From Saprospiraceae bacterium (lineage in GTDB: Bacteria > Bacteroidota > Bacteroidia > Chitinophagales > Saprospiraceae): a stretch of 29,351 bases of DNA. The DNA lies in assembly GCA_035458325.1 (NCBI GenBank), contig DATHZY010000283.1, forward strand, positions 1 to 29,351. The letters are read 5' to 3'. The notes beneath the pieces were generated by a model. That model was given only the letters and a program-made list of their open reading frames with translations. It had not been told where the DNA came from and made no database searches. Below, in pieces: positions 24,231 to 29,351 of the stretch. The translations under genes were made by a program, and so were the position numbers. The first letter of the stretch is position 1; each line of letters begins with the position of its first letter.

Positions 24231-25835
24231 ATGGTGGATGTAAAACCTGATGAAATATCAGCGATACTCAAGCAGCAGTTATCCGGATTTCAAAGTGCAG
24301 CAGAATTAGAGGAAGTAGGTTCCGTACTTCAGGTGGGTGATGGTATCGCCCGTGTGTACGGATTGAACCGTGCACAGTCTGGTGAACTCGTTGAGTTTGA
24401 AAATGGAGTTCAGGCTATCGTATTGAACCTGGAGGAAGACAATGTGGGTGTGGTATTGATGGGTTCAAGTGACAGCATCAAGGAAGGTTCAAGAGTAAGT
24501 CGCACCGGCAGGATCGCCAGTATCAATGTTGGTGAAGGATTTATCGGACGTGTAGTCAATACACTCGGTCAGCCAATCGATGGAAAGGGCCCTATCACAG
24601 GTGTCACCTATGAGATGCCACTGGAGCGTAAAGCCCCGGGGGTTATCTTCCGTCAACCGGTAAGTGAACCACTACAGACAGGTATCAAGGCTATCGATGC
24701 GATGATTCCAATCGGTCGTGGTCAGCGTGAGTTGATCATCGGTGACCGCCAGACAGGTAAATCAGCTATCGCAATAGATACAATCATCAATCAAAAGGAA
24801 TTCTTCGAAAAGGGAGAGCCTGTATATTGTATCTATGTCGCATCCGGTCAGAAAGCATCCACTGTTGCTAACGTAGCCAAGACGCTTGAAGAAGCAGGTG
24901 CGATGGCATACACTGTCATTGTATCCGCCAGTGCTTCAGATCCTGCACCACTTCAGTTCTATTCTCCTTTTGCAGGAGCGGCTATCGGAGAGTTTTTCCG
25001 GGACACCGGTCGTCCGGCTTTGATTATCTATGATGATTTATCAAAACAAGCGGTTGCTTATCGTGAGGTATCCCTGCTGTTGCGTCGACCACCAGGACGT
25101 GAAGCTTACCCGGGTGACGTATTCTATCTGCACTCCAGGTTACTTGAAAGAGCAGCGAAGGTGATCAACAATGACGACATCGCTCGTCAGATGAACGATC
25201 TGCCAGACAGCCTGAAAAATGGAAAAGATAAGAACGGACAACCATTGGTGAAAGGTGGAGGTTCATTGACCGCTCTTCCTATCATTGAAACACAAGCGGG
25301 TGACGTTTCTGCCTATATCCCAACTAACGTAATCTCTATCACCGACGGTCAGATATTCCTCGAGTCAGGTTTGTTCAACTCCGGTATACGTCCTGCTATC
25401 AACGTAGGTATCTCTGTATCGAGGGTAGGGGGTAATGCCCAGATCAAATCGATGAAGAAAGTAGCCGGCACCTTGAAACTTGACCAGGCTCAGTATCGTG
25501 ACCTTGAGGCGTTTTCTAAGTTTGGTTCTGATCTGGATGCCGCTACTACTGCGGTACTTGAAAAAGGAAAACGTAACGTTGAAATCCTGAAGCAAGCTCA
25601 GTACAGTCCCGTACCCGTAGAAAAGCAAATCGCCATCATCTATCTCGGAACAAATGGCCTCCTGAGAGAAGTGCCTATCGGCAGCGTCAAGGAGTTTGAA
25701 GAATTGTACCTGACGAGCCTTGCATCAAGATATCCACAAGTATTGGATAATCTGCGTGCAGGAAAATTACTGGATGAAGATACAAACACGATGAAGGCAC
25801 TGGCTGCTGAACTCAAGACTCAATACAAAGCGTAA
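24231..25835 (+). CDS. atpA: F0F1 ATP synthase subunit alpha
   Basis: 534 aa. [11 protein letters not shown], Walker [33 protein letters not shown], and the Bacteroidota-type insert MNDLPDSLK...[11 protein letters not shown]. Confidence 0.98.
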   Translation: MVDVKPDEISAILKQQLSGFQSAAELEEVGSVLQVGDGIARVYGLNRAQSGELVEFENGVQAIVLNLEEDNVGVVLMGSSDSIKEGSRVSRTGRIASINVGEGFIGRVVNTLGQPIDGKGPITGVTYEMPLERKAPGVIFRQPVSEPLQTGIKAIDAMIPIGRGQRELIIGDRQTGKSAIAIDTIINQKEFFEKGEPVYCIYVASGQKASTVANVAKTLEEAGAMAYTVIVSASASDPAPLQFYSPFAGAAIGEFFRDTGRPALIIYDDLSKQAVAYREVSLLLRRPPGREAYPGDVFYLHSRLLERAAKVINNDDIARQMNDLPDSLKNGKDKNGQPLVKGGGSLTALPIIETQAGDVSAYIPTNVISITDGQIFLESGLFNSGIRPAINVGISVSRVGGNAQIKSMKKVAGTLKLDQAQYRDLEAFSKFGSDLDAATTAVLEKGKRNVEILKQAQYSPVPVEKQIAIIYLGTNGLLREVPIGSVKEFEELYLTSLASRYPQVLDNLRAGKLLDEDTNTMKALAAELKTQYKA

Positions 25836-25878
25836 TCTCCTGTCCAATACAGATCCATCACCTAAAACGTAAAAGCAG

Positions 25879-26763
25879 ATGAGCGGCAAGCTAAAGGAAG
25901 TACGGGAGCGTATGAAGTCGGTAAGCTCCACGCAGCAGATTACCAAAGCCATGAAAATGGTTTCGGCTGCAAAGCTTCGTAAGGCACAGGATGCCATCGT
26001 ACGTATGCGTCCATATGCGGACAAGCTCAACCATATGTTACGCAACGTGCTGTCTGCAGTGGAAGGGGATGTTTCAATAAGTTTTGGAAAAGAACGCCCG
26101 GTTCAACATGCTACCGTTGTCGTGATCACCTCCAATCGTGGACTAGCCGGAGCGTTTAATACCAATATCTTAAAAGCGGCAGTCAGGGAAATTGAAAGCC
26201 AGTTTTCAGCCCAGCGTGCGGCAGGTAAGTTAACGATCCTCCCCATCGGGAAAAAAGGATTTGATTTTTTCCGGAGAAACTATAAAGACTGTACGATCAT
26301 CCGGGATTATATCACTTTGTTTGACAATCTCGAATTTGATCACACAGTAGTCGTTCCAAGACTCTTAATGGATCAGTTCAGCAAAGGAGAGACCGATAGC
26401 ATCATGGTCTTCTATGGTCGCTTCAAGAATGCGGCTACCCAGTTTGCGGAGACCGTTCAATATCTTCCTGTTCCTAAAATTGAGACAGGCACAACAAGGC
26501 GTGTAGATTATATTTTCGAACCGGAAAAGGATATCCTGTTGAATACGTTGATTCCAAGTATCCTTGAAGTGCAGTTTCAGAAATACCTGCTTGACACCCA
26601 TGCTTCTGAGCATGGAGCACGGATGACGGCGATGGATAAGGCGACTACGAATGCAGATGATATGTTGTCCGCCCTCAAGATCAGCTACAACAACGCCCGT
26701 CAGGAAGCGATCACCAAGGAACTCAGTGAGATCGTGGGTGGTGCCGCCGCACTTGGAGGTTAA
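25879..26763 (+). CDS. atpG: F0F1 ATP synthase subunit gamma
   Basis: 294 aa. QITKAMKMVSAAKLRKA, TSNRGLAGAFN, ASEHGARMTAMDKATTNA, YNNARQEAITKELSEIVGGA. Confidence 0.97.
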   Translation: MSGKLKEVRERMKSVSSTQQITKAMKMVSAAKLRKAQDAIVRMRPYADKLNHMLRNVLSAVEGDVSISFGKERPVQHATVVVITSNRGLAGAFNTNILKAAVREIESQFSAQRAAGKLTILPIGKKGFDFFRRNYKDCTIIRDYITLFDNLEFDHTVVVPRLLMDQFSKGETDSIMVFYGRFKNAATQFAETVQYLPVPKIETGTTRRVDYIFEPEKDILLNTLIPSILEVQFQKYLLDTHASEHGARMTAMDKATTNADDMLSALKISYNNARQEAITKELSEIVGGAAALGG

Positions 26764-26987
26764 TACAACTGCAAAAATTGATGTTGAGCTTAAGTTGTAC
26801 TTAAGCTCGCGTATGAAAAATCAAAAGGAACATGTTCCATCGCAGGGACTTTATAGCCGTTTCCAACGGCAGTTTATACGACTTGACCCTCGTTACATTT
26901 ACCGCTAAATCCCTTAAAGAGCGAATATTCCACTCTCTTAATCGATTATCATACTTGGTTGGTTAAAAATTCCTCATTTTTAACGAA

Positions 26988-27494
26988 ATGAAAAACATAA
27001 CCAACGGAGCCCTCCTCCTCCTTCCTGCTTTTATACTCCTGTTGACAGGGTGTCAAAAGGATAACATCTCACCGGTGTTAGAACGACTCGAAAAGCAGTA
27101 TCCACAAATTAACAAGAAGTATGTGTATCAGAGCCTGATCCGCCTTGCCAATACTAAGCGGGATCCTGATTTTGAAAAGCTGATCAAGGATGTAGATAAG
27201 GTGATCCTCTATCTGCCCCCGGATGGAGATAGCACCTACCAGATCAAGGATGTTCGAAGCGGATTGCCAGCAGAGGGGTATGAAACGCTCGTTGACGTGC
27301 GGACGGCTGATGCCCAGCGTATAAGCCTGTGGGTGAAGGAAGCGAATTCCGAATCGCATTACATTGCCTTGATGGATGCAGCGGACCAGGATGTCATCCT
27401 GGAAATTGATGGCCAGATCAATATCGAATATCTCTCGGCCATCAATGTCGCGGATGAAGGATCATTACTTAAACTTTTAGAAGGCGGATTTTAA
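26988..27494 (+). CDS. Lipoprotein, DUF4252-like
   Basis: 168 aa with lipobox LLTG-C. The pattern GYETLVDVR...ISLWVKE...VILEIDGQINI resembles DUF4252 proteins; the family assignment is tentative. Confidence 0.55.
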   Translation: MKNITNGALLLLPAFILLLTGCQKDNISPVLERLEKQYPQINKKYVYQSLIRLANTKRDPDFEKLIKDVDKVILYLPPDGDSTYQIKDVRSGLPAEGYETLVDVRTADAQRISLWVKEANSESHYIALMDAADQDVILEIDGQINIEYLSAINVADEGSLLKLLEGGF

Positions 27495-28432
27495 TGAGTG
27501 ATTTCATCCTACAGACTGAACAACTGACGAAACGGTTTTCGAAACGTATCCTGGCTGTTGACGGACTTGACTTACAAATCCCGAAGGGTCAGGTATTTGG
27601 CCTGCTGGGACCAAATGGTAGCGGGAAGACTACAACACTGGGCATGATTCTCGGGGTCGTTGCCAGTACAAAGGGAAGTTATAATTGGTTTGGAGAAGGG
27701 GATGATTACAAGCTCCGAAAGCGAATAGGTGCGATTCTTGAACAACCTAATTTTTATCCTTTCCTCAGCGCAAGGCAAAACCTGGTTGTGCACAGCAGGA
27801 TCAAAGATATCCGGAAGCCGGATACAGATGGCCTGCTCAAGATGGTAGGACTTTATGAGCGAAGTAATGATCCTTTCAAGACCTATTCGCTGGGCATGAA
27901 GCAACGGCTCGCGATCGCGTCCGCTATGCTGGCAGATCCTGAAGTTTTGATTTTTGATGAGCCTACCAATGGATTGGATCCACAAGGGATCGCAGAGATT
28001 CGGCAATTGATTCTCGATATCCGCAATATGAATAAAACTATCGTACTCGCCAGTCATCTGCTCGATGAAGTACAGAAAGTATGTTCCCATTTCGCTGTTT
28101 TACGCAAGGGAAAAAAGATATACACGGGGAGTGTAAAGGAGGCACTGGAAAGTACAAATACAGTTTCTGTGTCTGCAGATGATACTGTGATGTTGGTCCA
28201 GGCCATATCCTCCTGCCCCGGTGTAGTCTCCGTAGAACGCGATGGTGATATCCTCAAATTACAAATCGGTAACGCGTGGACCGTCGCGGCCATCAATACC
28301 TATCTGGTGGAGCGCAAGGTGGCTGTCAATTATATACAACAAAAGAGATCGAGCCTGGAGGAGAAGTTCCTTGAGATTCTGAAAGAAAGTGACCAATCCC
28401 TTGCTGCCCTTCACAACCAGCCTGCATCATGA
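27494..28432 (+). CDS. ABC transporter ATP-binding protein (BcrA-like ABC-2 exporter family)
   Basis: 312 aa. Walker A GPNGSGKTT, signature YSLGMKQR, Walker B/D-loop IFDEPTNGLD and H-loop ASH. The start overlaps the upstream stop (TAATG). Confidence 0.93.
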   Translation: MSDFILQTEQLTKRFSKRILAVDGLDLQIPKGQVFGLLGPNGSGKTTTLGMILGVVASTKGSYNWFGEGDDYKLRKRIGAILEQPNFYPFLSARQNLVVHSRIKDIRKPDTDGLLKMVGLYERSNDPFKTYSLGMKQRLAIASAMLADPEVLIFDEPTNGLDPQGIAEIRQLILDIRNMNKTIVLASHLLDEVQKVCSHFAVLRKGKKIYTGSVKEALESTNTVSVSADDTVMLVQAISSCPGVVSVERDGDILKLQIGNAWTVAAINTYLVERKVAVNYIQQKRSSLEEKFLEILKESDQSLAALHNQPAS

Positions 28433-29250
28433 TGAATATCCGTAAGATTACCGAACTCGAATATTATAAGTTCAGGCATTACCGGCCATTCCTGGTGATC
28501 CTGGGTTTGTATGTGTTCTGCTTTGTCCTTGCCGGCTTTTCGATCAAGAGCTTGTTGGATTGGTTTTTAGATAAGCAGCAGGATGATAATATCCTCAAGC
28601 ATTTTGTGGAAAGTGGTATCCCGTTGTTTGACTTTGTAGATATATGGCAAAACCTTGGTTGGCTCGCTACGATTTTCAAATGGATCCCTGCATTTGTGAT
28701 CATTATCTCTGTGACGCTTGAGTATTCACAAAAGACCATTAAGCAGAATATTATAGATGGGCTTTCAAAGAAGGAATTCCTTGCCTCTAAAGTGGCGCTC
28801 GTTGGAGTCATTAGCCTAGGGTCCGCTTTACTCTTACTACTCCTCGGCCTGTTCCTTGGCTTGTTATACTCTCCGGTCAAAGGGCTTCCTTATATCCTGG
28901 AGAATATTGAGTTTGTCGCGGCTTATGGACTTGAAGTCTTTGCATTTCTCTGCATGGCCTTGTTTGCTGCCTTCTGGATACAAAAGAGTGGTGTGACGAT
29001 TATCTTATTCCTGCTTTATACTGCTTGCATAGAACCGATTGCAACAGCCATCCTTCACTATAATTATAAATGGGAGGTCTGGTATTTTCCGGTCGAAGCG
29101 ATCAATCTGATCATCCGTGTTCCATTCCAAAAATATGCACTCGAATTTGTCCATGACCAGATCGTGCTGAGGGATGTTTTGGTTTCCCTGGGGTGGGCTG
29201 GCGTTTTCATCGGTTTGTCGTATTGGATCTTGAAGAGACGAGACCTCTAG
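28429..29250 (+). CDS. ABC-2 type transporter permease
   Basis: 273 aa with about 6 TM segments, EYSQKTIKQNIIDGLSK and a C-terminal KRRDL. ATGA overlap with the ATPase gene. Confidence 0.9.
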   Translation: MMNIRKITELEYYKFRHYRPFLVILGLYVFCFVLAGFSIKSLLDWFLDKQQDDNILKHFVESGIPLFDFVDIWQNLGWLATIFKWIPAFVIIISVTLEYSQKTIKQNIIDGLSKKEFLASKVALVGVISLGSALLLLLLGLFLGLLYSPVKGLPYILENIEFVAAYGLEVFAFLCMALFAAFWIQKSGVTIILFLLYTACIEPIATAILHYNYKWEVWYFPVEAINLIIRVPFQKYALEFVHDQIVLRDVLVSLGWAGVFIGLSYWILKRRDL

Positions 29251-29292
29251 CAAGGGGCAAGGAGCATAGAGCATAAGGCAGAGAGCAGAGGG
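29251..29292 (+). repeat. Degenerate purine-rich 7-nt tandem array (6 units)
   Basis: caagggg caaggag catagag cataagg cagagag cagaggg, immediately after the permease stop codon. Confidence 0.75.
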
Positions 29293-29351
29293 GCTATCTC
29301 GAAACACATTGTTAATTGATTCAACAGTTAATACGTCGACTCTGCTCAACG

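Noticed and set aside
25180-25260. Insertion in AtpA ([24 protein letters not shown]) considered as an intein or novel domain
   Set aside because: It is short, has no intein motifs, and matches the known Bacteroidota-type insert with only a few extra residues.
29335-29351. CGTCGACTCTGCTCAACG at the window edge, reminiscent of Bacteroidota intergenic repeat hairpins
   Set aside because: It is truncated by the window end, so no partner arm or copy can be verified.

Overview
Chromosomal window from a Bacteroidota bacterium. The evidence is T9SS type A and type B C-terminal domains, TAnnTTTG promoter elements, a pheT with no adjacent pheS, and an atpBEFHAG operon lacking atpDC; a Saprospirales/Chitinophagia-like lineage is only a guess. 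Gene order: 3' end of an Oar-like TonB-dependent receptor; CatA-family acetyltransferase; aroQ and recQ (minus); a divergent TlpA / DUF6029-like beta-barrel / Omp28-like lipoprotein trio; pheT; ZapB-like coiled coil, zapA, rny; two minus-strand T9SS cargo genes (a 1698-aa SprB-repeat protein and an FG-GAP/ASPIC protein); atpB-E-F-H-A-G; a lipoprotein plus ABC-2 transporter operon. I saw no rRNA, tRNA, CRISPR array, transposase or clear pseudogene. The best candidate for an uncharacterised system is the TlpA/barrel/Omp28 trio, where each protein carries one cysteine pair, suggesting a trans-outer-membrane thiol relay (hypothesis). Non-coding structure is rich: two near-perfect palindromes built on 28-nt GTAG...CTAC REP-like cores, and many 6-9-nt tandem arrays in spacers, including the same TACTCAC(AACTCAC)n array on the sense strand just upstream of aroQ, atpE and atpH. 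Family names come from recognising motifs by eye, not from database searches.
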